From NCBI RefSeq assembly GCF_009914755.1, contig NC_060929.1: a stretch of DNA of 64,000 nucleotides. One strand, given 5' to 3'. The notes under the pieces were generated by a model, which saw only the letters and a list, made by a program, of their open reading frames with translations, was not told where the DNA came from and ran no database searches. This document shows, in pieces, positions 1 to 12,916 of this stretch. The stretch's first letter is position 1, and every line of letters begins with the position of its first letter. This stretch comes from the human T2T-CHM13v2.0 reference genome, Homo sapiens. The position numbers and the translations under genes are program-made.

Positions 1-249
1 TTCTCTCAAGAAAATTTATAATGATTTTTGTTATTAATCTGTTTATAAAATTTCTAATAGAGAGAAGAGTGTAATAGTGAATGAGAATAAGCTAGAAAGT
101 CACTGACTTTCCAGTTCTGCCACCCAGGTTAAAACTCATTAACATTTTGGATTTCCTAAGTATTGAATAATAGTCAGAGTGAGGGAATCACTTCTCAGGA
201 TAATCAATGCTGGAAGAGAAAAATAACTTAGAACCTCCCTAAGTTCTAC

Positions 250-445
250 AAGAGGGAGAGAGGGAGGGAGAGAGGGAGAGAGGGAGAGAGGGAGAGAGGG
301 AGGGAGGGAGGGAGGGAGGGAGGGAGAGAGGGAGAGAGGGAGGGAGGGAGGGAGGGAGGGAAGGAGGGAGGGAGGGAAGGAGGAAAGGAGGGAGGGAGGG
401 AGGGAGGGAGGCAGGGAGGCAGGGAGGGAGAGAGGGAGAGAGAAT
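250..445 (+). repeat. Polypurine simple repeat (GGGA/GGGAGA/GGAA)n
   Basis: About 195 bp of nearly pure G/A made of gggagaga and ggga units. It produces the Pro/Ser/Leu ORF 246..470(-). Confidence 0.95.
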
Positions 446-586
446 AGAGGAGTTTAAAAAGATTAGACATTCTTTTTTTAAAAAAAAAGTAAGGGAAGGG
501 AGAGAATAAAAGGGAGAGACAGAAAGTTAGAATGCAGTGTGAGATTCAAAAAGAAAGAAAAAAATGAAAGGCAGAAAGTCTACTTT

Positions 587-1171
587 AAACTTTTAAGTTC
601 AGGGATACGATTTCAGGTTTGTTATATAGGTAAACTTGTGTCATGAGGGTTTGTTGTACCGATTATTTCATCACTCATATATTAAGCCTAGTACCCATTA
701 GTTAATTTCCTGATCCTCTCACCCCCCCACCCTCCAAAAAGGTCCCAGTGTATGTTGTTTCCCTCTATGTGTCTATGTGTTCTCATCATTTAGCTCCCAC
801 TTATAAATGAGAACACATAGTATTTGGTTGTCTGTTCTTGTGTTAGTTTGGTGAGGATAATGGGCTCCACCCTTATCCATGTCCATGCAAAGGATATGAT
901 CTCGTTCTTTATGGCTGCACAGTATTCCATGGTGTAAATGTACCACATTTTCTTTATCCAGTCTAAAATTGATTGCCATTTAGGTTGATTCCATGCCTTT
1001 GCTATTGTGAAGTGCTGCAATGAACATGTGCGTGCGTGTCTCTCTAATAAAATGATTTATATTCCTTTGGGAATATACCCAGTAATGGGATTGCTGTGTT
1101 GAATGGTATTTCTGTCTTCCGCAGTGGCTGAACTAATTTATACTGCCACCAACAGTGTATAAGCGTTCCTT
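587..1171 (-). mobile_element. 5'-truncated LINE-1 (older L1PA/L1PB type), 3'UTR plus ORF2 C-terminal end
   Basis: ORF 790..1020(-) FTIAKAWNQPKW..DWIKKMWYIYTMEY matches the L1 ORF2 C-terminus. 3'UTR motif ttttaagttcaggg..ggtttgttatataggtaaacttgtgtcatg. Degenerate TSD agaaagtctacttt (573-586) / acaaagtccacttt (1172-1185). Confidence 0.92.
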
Positions 1172-2479
1172 ACAAAGTCCACTTTTAAGTATATTTTCTT
1201 CCCTACAACACTCAACATGTTCTAAGTAGAAATGTTTATAATTGTTTGCCTTTTCTTAGAAATAACAGCACTAAATAAAACAAGAGCTATTTTTGCCATA
1301 CCTGCATTCCCACAAGTATTTTTTAAAATAGCAGCAAATGTAAAAAGTTTTGAAACAAATGATTAACTATTTTAAATGAGAAAATACAGTAAAAATATGC
1401 TTCTCCACAAAAATTACGCATAGCATATATGTAAAAAATGTCACACTGAAGCACTGTTACAATTCATCCTCCATATGTCCAATATTTTGAATAACATAAT
1501 ATCTTACAAACACAAATAAGGAAACATTGTTAATTATATCAAGCATAGACTGTTTTATGAATCAATTATTTGAGAAGCACTTTACCAATCAACATAAATA
1601 ATAATTCAATAGTTATATTGAAGTGTTCTGAACTAGAATACATACATTCCAACAAGTTGGCAATAGACTGCTTTTGCAATCTGCTTTTCATCTCCCTAAA
1701 AAATAAATTGCTCCGCATAAACAATATTTCAGAAACTGACAGAGTTGGCAGCTCTGCTGAAGACAGCAGGGATATTAGCAACCATGACTGATAGCAAAAT
1801 TGGGGGTTGCAGAAGGAGGAAAGAGTACACGTTCAAATTTAAGGAATAGCGCTTCTACTTCAGATTCTTTTCAAAAAATGTGGGATGACATATTGAGGTC
1901 ACCACTGATTAAAGAGATAAATCTGTAAGGGAGATTTTCACCTCCTGTGAAATCTTCAGAGAAACCACTTGGAGACACACTGGCCTACACCTTCCTGCTG
2001 TGGACACACCATGGGTGCCTACGGCTAAATTTCTCTAAGGTGGGTTTGCCCACTGGATGGCATGGCTAATTAATGAAAGAAGCTGAAGACTTAGTCCTCC
2101 TTGATGTAATGACAGTATGAAAAGCAGCGAAGCTCGCTCTCTTATATCAGATCTACCAGAGCAAAGCTGGAAGAGCAAGTTGGTAATTCTTTGATGTAGA
2201 ACCCTCAGTTTAACAGTCAGTTTTCCTCACCAATTTCCTCTAAACTGTATTTACTGAGACCATCTGTTTAGCTTCTTTCTAAAAATATTTTCCTCGAAAA
2301 TTTATATACCTTGTCTTGAAAGGGAGATGATCTACTTGTTATTAAATAGTGTGAAAAAAATACATTTCCCTGGTATCCCAAAATAAAGCATTCCATTCTG
2401 TCAGTTTGTAGAGATTTTAGTTATTTACTATCTCAGGAATGAAGGAAATGCTCAAATTCATTCTGTCTAGCAGAAACTA

Positions 2480-2700
2480 CTGGCTGCCCACCATACCTAG
2501 TCTCCCTACCTTGTTACTAATAAACCCTGAGTTTAACTAGAAACATGGCACCTAGCCATATGTTTCCAGCTTCCTTTGCAGTTAAATGTGGCCATGTGAC
2601 TACATTCTGTCTTTTAGGATATAATGAAAATTATGAGGACAACTTGCAGGCATTGCCTTTCTAAGAAAGGAATATGCCTTTCTCTTCCCTTCCCCCTATC
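2480..2700 (+). mobile_element. Ancient ERVL-class LTR fragment (LTR16-like)
   Basis: tttccagcttcctttgcagttaaatgtggccatgtgactacattctg resembles the conserved LTR16-type core; recalled from memory. Confidence 0.45.
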
Positions 2701-2738
2701 CTACTTGTCATCCCTTTAAAAAGAACAACCAATTCACA

Positions 2739-2800
2739 TAGAGTGACCATATGGCCTGGTTTATCTAGGACACTCACATTTGCTCCTGTTGCTCCAGGGA
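2739..2800. mobile_element. hAT DNA-transposon end fragment (MER96-like)
   Basis: tagagtgaccatatggcctggtttatctaggaca resembles the MER96 terminus tagggtgaccatacgtcccggtttgcccgggaca. Confidence 0.45.
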
Positions 2801-2949
2801 CTTGTGGTCTCCTAATCTTAGACCATTAAATGGAAGCTGTATTAAGAATCACCAAGTTACAAAATAGGAGTCACTGCTATTTTGGCCATTTTAGAACATC
2901 TGAAAGGGCACTGTATGATTAAGAGAAAAACATTAGAAATCTTGTTAAA

Positions 2950-3405
2950 TGTTAGAATGATACATGATTATTCCATTCGAGGTGTTCAAATCTAGGGAGA
3001 TATTGAACATTTAAACAAATAATTTTAATCAAGGAAGAATCCACCTCCACCACTCACAAAAAAGCTAGGAAACTTGAAGGGAAAAAAAAAAGCAGTTTTT
3101 TCCTCAGGAAACTTAAGGAGGCTTCTTGGATAAGGGAGCGTTTGGCCTGGGCCTTGCATGGTAGATATTAAGTAGTTTTTAAAAGGCAACAAACAGTTCT
3201 AGGTAAAGAGATTAGCATGAGCAAAGATACAAATATACGAATGACATTTTCCAAAAATGGGAGAGTATAAAGTGTTAGGTGGGTAGGATGTAGGAAAAGC
3301 TGAAACAAATGTTCTAGTTTAGTATCTAATTTTGGAGAAATTTCAATGCTGCTCTGAGAAGTTTAGTTTATTCTGCAGAAAATGTGAAGCCACTGAAGGT
3401 TTCAC
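2950..3405 (-). mobile_element. LINE-2 fragment
   Basis: Degenerate antisense L2 motifs: ggaggcttcttggataagggagcgtttggcctgggccttg, gcatgagcaaagatac, gaagccactgaaggttt. Confidence 0.55.
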
Positions 3406-6167
3406 TCAATCTGCCTTGCAATGGACAGAATGAATCCAAGAGAGGTAATAGTGTTCATATCTATAGGAACATGACTGACTAGATATGGTTAGTGAGGGGA
3501 ATGAATTAATGATAAATGGTGGGATACTTTTTGAAATAACATTGGTCTCCACTCACATTTTCTGTCATCTTTTGGCCCTTTCTTCTTCCCGCTCCTCTCA
3601 TTCAGCCAGTTAGATTGTCCTTTGCTGGAATTTCAAAAACCTGAGGCGTGAGAAACTCAAAACTTGGGGAAGAAAAGTAAATAGATTTGGAAGAAATCAG
3701 GAAGAGAAAAATCAGGCTATACCCCTTCCATACTCCATCATGCAAACATACCCAAGATTCCCCTGGACTGGGAGAAGAGAAAGTTAGAGTATTGTCTATT
3801 GGAACCTAGACATTGGTCCCTAATAAATGGACCCTCCATTGTGGCTGTCCCAAGAACTTCCAAGAACCTGTGGGCCTTTTCCTAGGTAAAAGAACGTAGA
3901 GAATCTGCAGATCAGAAATAGAAGCATGGCCTTGCAAGACCAACAAGCTCTTAATCAACTGCAAGGGTTCATCATGACTCAGTCCCGGCAAAAGCAGCTG
4001 AATGATTCCCATGTGTCCAAGAGTACAGAAAAGTAGGAGAAAGAAGTGGTGGGCTGGCAAGGGGCTTCCAAACAAGAGCTTGGGACTTTGTCAGGTAACT
4101 TGCTTGTGCCAGTGACCAGTTACCCAACAGGATGGGTATGACCGCAGATGTAACTCTGCCAGATGGGACAGTAAGTCAGATAAATCCACCTCACCACTAG
4201 CACTAGGCACTTGTAGAAGCCTTCAAGAACTTAGATTCAGCAGAAAAAGAGACACCCTAGTCAGAGAATAGTTTTCTGCCACTCTAGGGAAATAGTTGCT
4301 CAGAATAAAAATGAAGTTCAGTTGTAGAAAAAGTTAAAAATTTTTAGTTTTACATGCTAAAATTTTAACATTATGTGGTGACCAGATCACCACATAACAT
4401 CTCTGAATCTCTAGCCCGGGAAACATGAAAAGATGGTAGTAATATGATAGGTAACACAAATGGAGAAGAAGAAAATTACTAGCCTAGCAGAATTTTTAAA
4501 AATTGTCTCTCAATTAATGATGGAAATAATTTACTTAAGAAATTACTCTTCTTTTTTCTCTATTTCTTCAACAAAAGACTTATTGGTAAAATTTCCTTCA
4601 TGGACTTTTATTTGTAAATCAAATTAAGTGGGGGAAAAGGTATAACAAATTAGAACCTCAGAATTAAATTAGACGTTATAGTGAACCCTAAAACTAAGTT
4701 AAAATGACAACCAATGAAATATAAAATATAAACATTAAAATTCTTTGAAAACTTTTTAATTAAATGTTTTCTGTTTAGTTTATTTACTAGTATTATAATA
4801 TTTTATAATTAATATTTCAGCAGCACTACTAAGGAGGTTATTACAGTTACATAGGCAATACATTCTGAAGACTTTAAACACCATCTACTAATGTATCATT
4901 CAACCTAAAAATATTACCTCCTTTTATTTTCAGCATTTTTCTCAATTCCTTCTCTCCTTTGCTTAAGACAGTTTACTCATATTTGAAAAAGATACTTACT
5001 GCCCCATGGAACTAGCACTTTCTAGGATGTCCATATACCTAAAATTACTGGCCAGCTGGTAACTGGGATATATATATATTTGCATAGAATTAATTTTCTA
5101 GTCTAACTAAATAAGGCTCACTTTCAAAAAACATTGAAAAAAATCCATGTATGAGCTAGTATAGAATTTAACCACCATTTATAATTTTATTGTAAAATAT
5201 ATATTCCATGTACCAACTGCCTTACCAAGTAATTTCAAGGAAATTAAAGAGGAAAGGTGCAATGAGGTGGAGAGGAATATGAGAAGATAATAAAAATAAT
5301 AAGGGAGAAAATAAAAAAAGGAAGAAGATCCTCATGATCCAAATGTGACTTTAGCAATAGGAAAAATGAATCTTAAAATTTTGTTCAAATTCTCTATGCT
5401 CCTGGAAACTTATGCTGTACCAACTAGTGAGCATGCTCACTTCAGCAATGTCCTGCACCTCTATCTGAAGTGGCCAAGGGAAGGGGAGGAGCCATCAGAA
5501 AGGAAGATGGAATACAATTCCCACACAGAAACATCACAACTGTTGGGCCCCTTAGGGAGGTCAGGGTGGAAGCAGACTTTTAAGAGATGGATATGTTGAG
5601 TGCACCCCTGGGAGGATTTACAACCATCTGTATCCTTTGAGGGCAAGTATTCCTTGCTATTGCCTCATTTTCAGTCACCTACAAGACACTACCCACTTCC
5701 ACTGAAACAATCAATATCAAGATGGCAAGACCTGTATTTATCATCGCAGATAGTAATGTTTTAAACTCTGAGCACTTAAAAAGAACCAATTTTAAAAGTA
5801 AAATCAATTGATCAAGTACTTTACATTTTCTAGACCTCAATAAAAACTAGCATGTGATTAAATGAATTATTATATTTTATTCCAGAGGGCCAAAAATTGC
5901 TAAGTACCTACTCCAGATATATTAAAAAAGCACATATAAATCAGAATTAAAATCTGTTTTGTACTTGTTTTATGTTATTTTGACATCATACTACTTTTTT
6001 ATCTAATAAATCATGATTTACTTCTAGTAAGTTTTTAACATAATTCAAACATAGTAAGAGGTTATTTATATATGATCAGGCAATATTTAATCCGAATTAA
6101 TTAGGACAACTTTCCAGTGCATTCAAAATTAAATTTGACTAATGCTCCTTATAAAAAAGGTCAAGGA

Positions 6168-6298
6168 GGCTGGGCACAGTGACTCGTGCCTGTAATCCCA
6201 ATACTTTGGGAGGCCAAAGCTGGAGGATTGCTTGAGGCCAGGAGTTCAAGTTCAGCCTGGACAACAGAGTGAGACCCCATCTCAACAACAGCAACAAA
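6168..6298 (+). mobile_element. Alu monomer (FLAM-like)
   Basis: ggctgggcacagtgactcgtgcctgtaatccca..ggaggattgcttgaggccaggagttcaag..gagaccccatctc followed by a short CAA-rich tail; only one arm is present. Confidence 0.9.
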
Positions 6299-6452
6299 TA
6301 TATATATCACGGAGAAACATTTTATTGTTAATTCATCATGCAATTGCACCATGAAGTTTTTGAAAGAAAATAACATATTAAGATGTTCTTAAAAATAGGA
6401 CACCAGAATGGAAACACATCAGATAATTCATTTGCAAAGAAATATTCAATGT

Positions 6453-6984
6453 TGTTAGGACTCAGAAAACAATACCCCTAAGTATGGTGCTTTGACATAC
6501 CAAGTGCTTGGAACTAAAACAGAACCAAAGCCTCTTACCTCTTTTTTCTCCTGCGAAGTATAGGAAGGGGCTTTCTCTGAACTTCCTTTTAGCTGCCTAA
6601 AGATAGATCCTCCAAAAACCACAATTGTCATGAGTGTCCTCCCCAGGAATCTCAACCAGAGAAGACTAATTGTATCACAAGAGAAGAGTTTGGAGGTCAG
6701 CGTCACAAACAACCAATCTTTGTCACAAACTATTACCTATTTATCTTCCCCCAAAATCGTTAACTTTCTCTATGTTGCTTACATGCCCCCCCCACCTTCC
6801 CTATGAGGAGGGCACATAAGCTTTTAAATTTTATTAGGTTATGGGGTACTCACTTTTCCTTCCTTTGATGCCCTCAGGCACATAATACATTTGTATGCCT
6901 TTTCTTCTGTTAGTCTGTCCACTGTCAGTTTATTTAATAAACTTAATCATCAAACCTTTGGAGGGAAAGTTTTATCTCCTTACA
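6453..6984 (+). mobile_element. Solo ERV1-class LTR (MER34/MER39-like)
   Basis: TG...CA termini (tgttaggactcagaaaacaatacccc ... ctccttaca) flanked by a perfect 4-bp TSD ATGT (6449-6452, 6985-6988), the ERV1 TSD length. Confidence 0.8.
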
Positions 6985-7066
6985 ATGTCAATGATTAAGT
7001 ACCCAAAAACTTGAAAGTAAATATTTTTAGATTTTTATTTTTGTCAGACATTTTATGGAAGAAGTA

Positions 7067-7556
7067 CAGTTGACCCCTTAAATAACTTGGGGGTTGAGGG
7101 CTGCTCTGTCCCCCTGCACAGTTGAAAACCTGCATACAATTTCTGACTCCCCAAAAACTTAACTACTAACAGCCTACTGTTAACTGGAAGCCTTACCAAT
7201 AACATTAACAGTCAATTAACATATCTTTTGTATATGTGTTATATACTGTGGTCACACAATAAAGTAATCTAGAGAAAGGAAAGTGTCATTTTAAAAATCA
7301 TAAGGAAGATAAAATATATTTACTATTAAATGGAAGGGGATCATCAGAAAGGCCTTTATCCTCATCGTTCCACTGAATAGGCTGAGAAGGAGGAAGAGGA
7401 AGCATTGGTCTTACTGTCTCAGGTTGTATATGGAGATATGGAGGTGGTGGAAAGGAAGGCAGGAGAGGCAGGCACATGGGGTGTAACTTTGATTAAAAAA
7501 AAAATCTGCCTAGAAGTGAGCTCACATAGTTTAAATCTGTGTTGTTCTAGAGTCAC
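7067..7556. mobile_element. Tigger2-derived non-autonomous DNA transposon (MER8/MER28/Tigger2a-like)
   Basis: Left TIR TA|cagttgacccctta; internal tgactccccaaaaacttaactactaacagcctactgtt; degenerate right TIR gtgttgttctagagtca. Confidence 0.8.
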
Positions 7557-8230
7557 ACTCCCAGCTTCCTAGAAGTAAATAAAATGATTCTGAGGGGGAA
7601 AAAAAGTGATACAATATGCAAACCATACCATCTTGACCCTCCTTCCCCAGAACCTTGTATAATCAATCTTTATTCACTCATCTTTAAAAATCTTTGCTTT
7701 GAAGAAGAGGATATTGGCAAAGGAGATAAATTATGATGTTATGTAAGTAATAATCTCTAAATTCTCCCACTTCATCTTTTTTTAAATTATTTCAGCAAAA
7801 CTTAGAGAAACACATCAAGCACCAGAGACCTCTGGGATCTTCTCCACCTGGCTTTGTGGTGTTGGTCACGTAAGAAGGCTTCCCTGAGTTACCAAGCATT
7901 AGCATGTACAGGTCTTCGTGATGAGACTTTTCAGATAACTGAGTCCTGAGATAAGTATTTAGAATATCTGGGGTGTTCTGCTATGATTACATTAAAACAA
8001 TTAGCACAAAAACCCTGAAGCATTCAGGAATGATTTATTCTGAATCTATTCTGAATTAGCAAATATTCCTTAGAGTTGGGAGATAACAATACATCGTCTT
8101 CATGTTAGCACCTTTGATGGACCCCTTTTAAACATGTATTCTGTACTTTTTTGACTTCCTAAATTCTTAAACTATGCTATAGATGGTAAGGAACTTAGAG
8201 GCACTGTGGATGGGAGAGGAGTTTTATACT

Positions 8231-8383
8231 AGCTGAGTAATTGTGGGAATATTAATATCTCAGAGTCTCAAGTTTCTATCTCTTTAAATATGTACTTCTT
8301 AGTGCTGTTGAGAGGCAAAAATGTAGTAACATATCTGAAATGGAAACAGTGCCAAGAACTAAATTCTCAATAAATGTTAGTTA
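8231..8383 (+). mobile_element. MIR SINE fragment
   Basis: ctcagagtctcaagtttctatctctttaaa (MIR core) and ctcaataaatgttagtta (MIR 3' end). Confidence 0.55.
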
Positions 8384-8689
8384 CCTGCATTTCTTCTCTA
8401 CCCTCTAACCCAAACACTACATATGCTTACCATTTCCCCACCTACTGCAACCGTGAAACTGTACTGGCTAACTGTTGCTAAGGTTCTTGAGACACAGGGT
8501 GCCTTTTGCACCAACCTCCACTTTTCCCCCTTCTCCAGACAATCTTCTCATATCCCTGGCTTTCTAATGAATTGTTTCAGCATCCGATAGGAATGTCAAT
8601 TACAGTTACTAATCTCTCCAACCCATTTGTACCAGATAAAGGACTTGGGCTGGAAAAAGCCAAACAAACAAACAAACATACAGAAATCC

Positions 8690-9480
8690 TGTCTCAAATT
8701 GGCTCAAGCAATTGGGAAATGTATGTTCTCACATTTTCATAAGTTCAGATGTAAAGGAGACTTCAGAAGTATTTGATGTGCCCAGGCTCATTCTCTTTCC
8801 CTTTTATGCCACATACAAAACTTGCTTTATCCCAAGGCTGTCTTACCTTAGTCATAGGAAGGTTATCAGAAGCAAATAGGGTTGCAGTCTTCCTTGTCAC
8901 ATCTGAAAGGAGAGAGAGATAAAATTTTCCCAGTTGTATTAGTCTGTTCTCATGGTGCTATAAAGAACTACCAGAGACTGGGAAATTTATAAAGGAAAAA
9001 GGTTTAATTGACTCACAGTTCTGCATGACTGGGGAAGCCTCAGGAGGCTTACAATCACAGCGAGTGATAAAGGGGAAACAAACAACCTTCCTCACAAGGT
9101 GACCGGAAGGAGAACGAACGCAGGAGGAACTACCAAACATTTATAAAACCATCAGGTCTCGTGAGAACTCCCTCGCTATCACGAGAATAGCATGGGAGAA
9201 ACTGCCCCCATGATTCAATTACCTCCACCTGGTCTCTCCCTTGACACGTGGGGATGATGGAGATTACCATTCAAGATGAGAGTCTGGATAGGAGCACAGC
9301 AAAACCTTATTACCAATTATGAACTAAAAGTACCTCAGTTAACTATGATTGGGTTGTTAGGCCATGTGGACACCATTTACTAATGAAGGTCACCTAGGGA
9401 AATGCACTGATTGGCTTAAGTTTAGATTATTGAAAATATACAGCAACTGGAATTACAATGATTTGATTAAACTAATATCT
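8690..9480 (-). mobile_element. Old MLT1-type MaLR LTR, split by the THE1D insertion
   Basis: Degenerate antisense MLT1 motifs on both sides of 8935-9312: tcaaattggctcaagcaattgggaaatgtatgttctcacat and tgattgggttgttaggccatgtg..ctgattggcttaag. Confidence 0.45.
8935..9312 (-). mobile_element. THE1D-type solo LTR (MaLR)
   Basis: tgtattagtctgttctcatggtgctataaagaactacc..ggtttaattgactcacagtt..tgattcaattacctccacctggtctctcccttgacacgtgggg; 5-bp TSD ccagt/ccaat. Confidence 0.92.
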
Positions 9481-9782
9481 ATTCCTTGAACAATGAGATC
9501 TCAGTTTCCTCCCTCCTAAACTGTACCAAAATTATAGCAAGGGGAATTTTTTTAAGGTTTAAACTCACAAGGGTGGGAAACAATGAAGGAGCAAACACCA
9601 GTGTAACTGTAAAATCTGTAATAAAGATGAACAAGTGATAATACACCCAGGAGAGCCAAATCTCAGATCAAAACTGAGAATTTACCCAATTTATATAACA
9701 GAATTTTCAATAGGCACAAAAGCAGAAAATACAAAGCGGTCTACTTCTGGTCATAACTGCTGGATATCAGCACCTTGTTATA

Positions 9783-9920
9783 GTTTTTTTGCAGCTTTAT
9801 TGATATGTAATTCATATATCATAACATTCACCTGATTAAAGTGAGCAATTCAAAGATACTTCTAGTATAGTCAGAGTTGTGCACCATCATCATAATCTAA
9901 TTTTAAGACATTTTTATAAT
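9783..9920 (-). mobile_element. Old L1M (L1MB-like) 3'-end fragment
   Basis: cagctttattgatatgtaattcatatatcataacattcacc..tcagagttgtgcaccatcatcataatctaattttaagacattttt. Confidence 0.7.
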
Positions 9921-9924
9921 TGCA

Positions 9925-10346
9925 GGTCTTAACTTAAATGCCACCTCCTTACAGATGCTCTACCTGCCTATCCTTAATAGAACTACATTCTTTATTTCCC
10001 ACTTCTTTCCTTTGGACACACATAACAATCAGTAGTTATTTCCCTTAGTTATTGGCCTCCTTGTTTGTTGTCTGCCTCTCCCACCACAATGTAAGCTCCT
10101 TAAAGCGGGGCTCTTTTTTTTTTATACTTTAAGTTTTAGGGTACATGTGCACAACGTGCAGGTTAGTTACATATGTATACATGTGCCATGTTGGTGTGTT
10201 GCACCCATTACCTCGTCATTTAACATTACATATATCTCCCAATGCTCTTTATGTCTCTCTTGATTTTCTTTGTAGTCCAGCTAGTAGTGAAGCACAGGGC
10301 CTGCCTATATTATGTGGTCACTAAAAACATTTGCTGAATGAACGAA
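9925..10346 (+). mobile_element. LINE-2 3' fragment, interrupted by a short L1PA
   Basis: aaatgccacctcctt, tgtctgcctctcccaccacaatgtaagctcct and the L2 end aaacatttgctgaatgaacgaa. Confidence 0.7.
10117..10243 (-). mobile_element. Very short 5'-truncated young L1PA (PA2-4) 3' end
   Basis: ttatactttaagttttagggtacatgtgcacaacgtgcaggttagttacatatgtatacatgtgccatg; TSD gctcttt (10110-10116, 10244-10250). Confidence 0.93.
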
Positions 10347-10759
10347 CTAGCAAGACGTAATTACCACAGTAGATGGGCACTGTGGAGCAATGGGGAATCG
10401 GTCATCATAGGGAAACAGTGACAGCAGGAGGGCACAGAGCAAATAAACCAGCTGTCTGTCTGGTGTTTGGAAGATGAACGAACCCTATGAGACTGAGAAA
10501 ACCCCTTAGGTTCTTTAACAATTAAGGAGAGTTGGGAGTAAAGACCTCGAGAAGAAGATAGCACTGCTAATAAAATAGGTGGGTCTCTTGCAATGAATTA
10601 AAAAAATAAAAAGATATGCTCATATTTGCAGCTATACTGGCAAAGAAATTCATATTTCTCACATTAACGCATTAAAATACACAAAGTAAATGTTCCTTTA
10701 TGCATCAATCCCATAGCCGGTGTTGTTAATTAAATTAATGGTGGTTATACAGGGTACTG

Positions 10760-10965
10760 CAGAGTTCTGGAGCTAGAAAGCCAGAATTTGTATCCTCATT
10801 CTGCCACTTATTAGCTATGTGACTTTGGACAAGTTACTTAGCTGCTTTGTGCTTTCATTTTTACATTTATAAAACAGATATATTAATAGTTCCTATATTG
10901 TAAGAGCTGTTTTCAGTATTATATGAAAATAATCAGAAAACTGTCTGTTACATACTGAGTGCCTT
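10760..10965 (+). mobile_element. MIR SINE
   Basis: ctgccacttattagctatgtgactttggacaagttactta..ctttcatttttacatttataaaa is the MIR core. Confidence 0.85.
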
Positions 10966-11820
10966 ATATTACCTAATATTGTAGAAGTAGCAGTAGCCCT
11001 TATAGTGCTGGCAGTGGTGGAGGTGGTAGAAATAGTAGTAGGTAGTAGTGAAATGATAGAGGTGCACCCCATTATGACTGTTTTATGGGGCAAGAAATTC
11101 AGATTTAGCTCAGTGCCAAGCAGTGTCAAATACAGGGTACTAAATTAATATTGAATTGACTTGCACCCACGATGTTTCCTATCATACCACAAGATGATTT
11201 GACACAATTGATTTTTCTTCAAGAAGTAAGTGAATCAGCAGATTTGTAGTCGCTGCTGTTGGCAAACTGATATCAGGTAATTCGTGCTCAACTTTGGCCC
11301 ACAGAAAGTGTCAGAAAGACAGCCATATTCTTGGGTGTATGTGTGTAAAATGATGTGCATTCGACTGTGACTCTGTTGCAAGAAGGACATAAGAATTTCA
11401 TTCTTTTAGGAGATGAAGTGGGAAAATAATGGACAGTCCTGAAAAATAAGCCATGGTATTCATAAATCAGGAGAATCATTTTTAGAGGGGAAAGTGGCTG
11501 GTTTGGACTTATTAACAATATTTGCAATGTGTCCTCTTTATGGATGAATAACATAGAAGACCCTATTTAGCATAATTGTTCTCACTCTCTGCTTTTGGAC
11601 TGAGGCAAGCCCTGTTTCTAGAACAGCTTTTGTTGCAGATCATGAGATAAAACCACTTTTCCATTACATGTGAAGAACCAGTGGATCCCACTGGATAAAT
11701 CAATTGTGAAGTCAAATAATTATTTTGCATTAACAATGCATAACTATTTTTCAGTTGCCTCTACAGCATGCATTCCCTCCTTCTAATAACAACAGAAAAA
11801 ATTAATAAGGACATTCACCC

Positions 11821-12565
<745 letters not shown>

Positions 12566-12639
12566 CACACCTCATTGATTATCAGACAAATCCTTTAGGT
12601 AGAATAAAACTCATCAGTAGCTCAAGATGCAGTCTTTGA

Positions 12640-12916
12640 TCAGCACAGTCTATATCCCTGGCCATATGATTACTTTAGGGATAAACATGTGACTCAGTAA
12701 GAGCCAACAGGACTTCAGGATATATTTGGGCTTCTAGGAAAGAAAAGACTCTTTCTTCCTTTTCCTGAGTTGCTTTCAAAACTGTCTTTTCTTATTGGTT
12801 GTGAGAAAGAATATTTTAGCACTGGAAACTGCTGGCAGCCATCTTACAACTGGAGAACCTCCCATACACTTGTGTCCAAGGTAACAAAGTGGAAGTATTG
12901 AGAAAAAGGAACTTCT
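12640..12916 (+). mobile_element. Old MLT1-type LTR, 5' part (continues at ~20288-20372 after the L1PB)
   Basis: ccctggccatatgattactttaggga..catgtgactcag..gctggcagccatcttacaac. The 3' part aaaccaatatattccttttattatttaagccagtt follows the L1 TSD. Confidence 0.55.

Noticed and set aside
246-470. Pro/Ser/Leu-rich 74-aa ORF
   Set aside because: It is a translation of the (GGGA)n simple repeat.
3600-4370. Possible ancient Gypsy-like LTR here and at ~42050-43060
   Set aside because: Only a vague resemblance at the 3' ends; I cannot define boundaries or TSDs without an HMM search.
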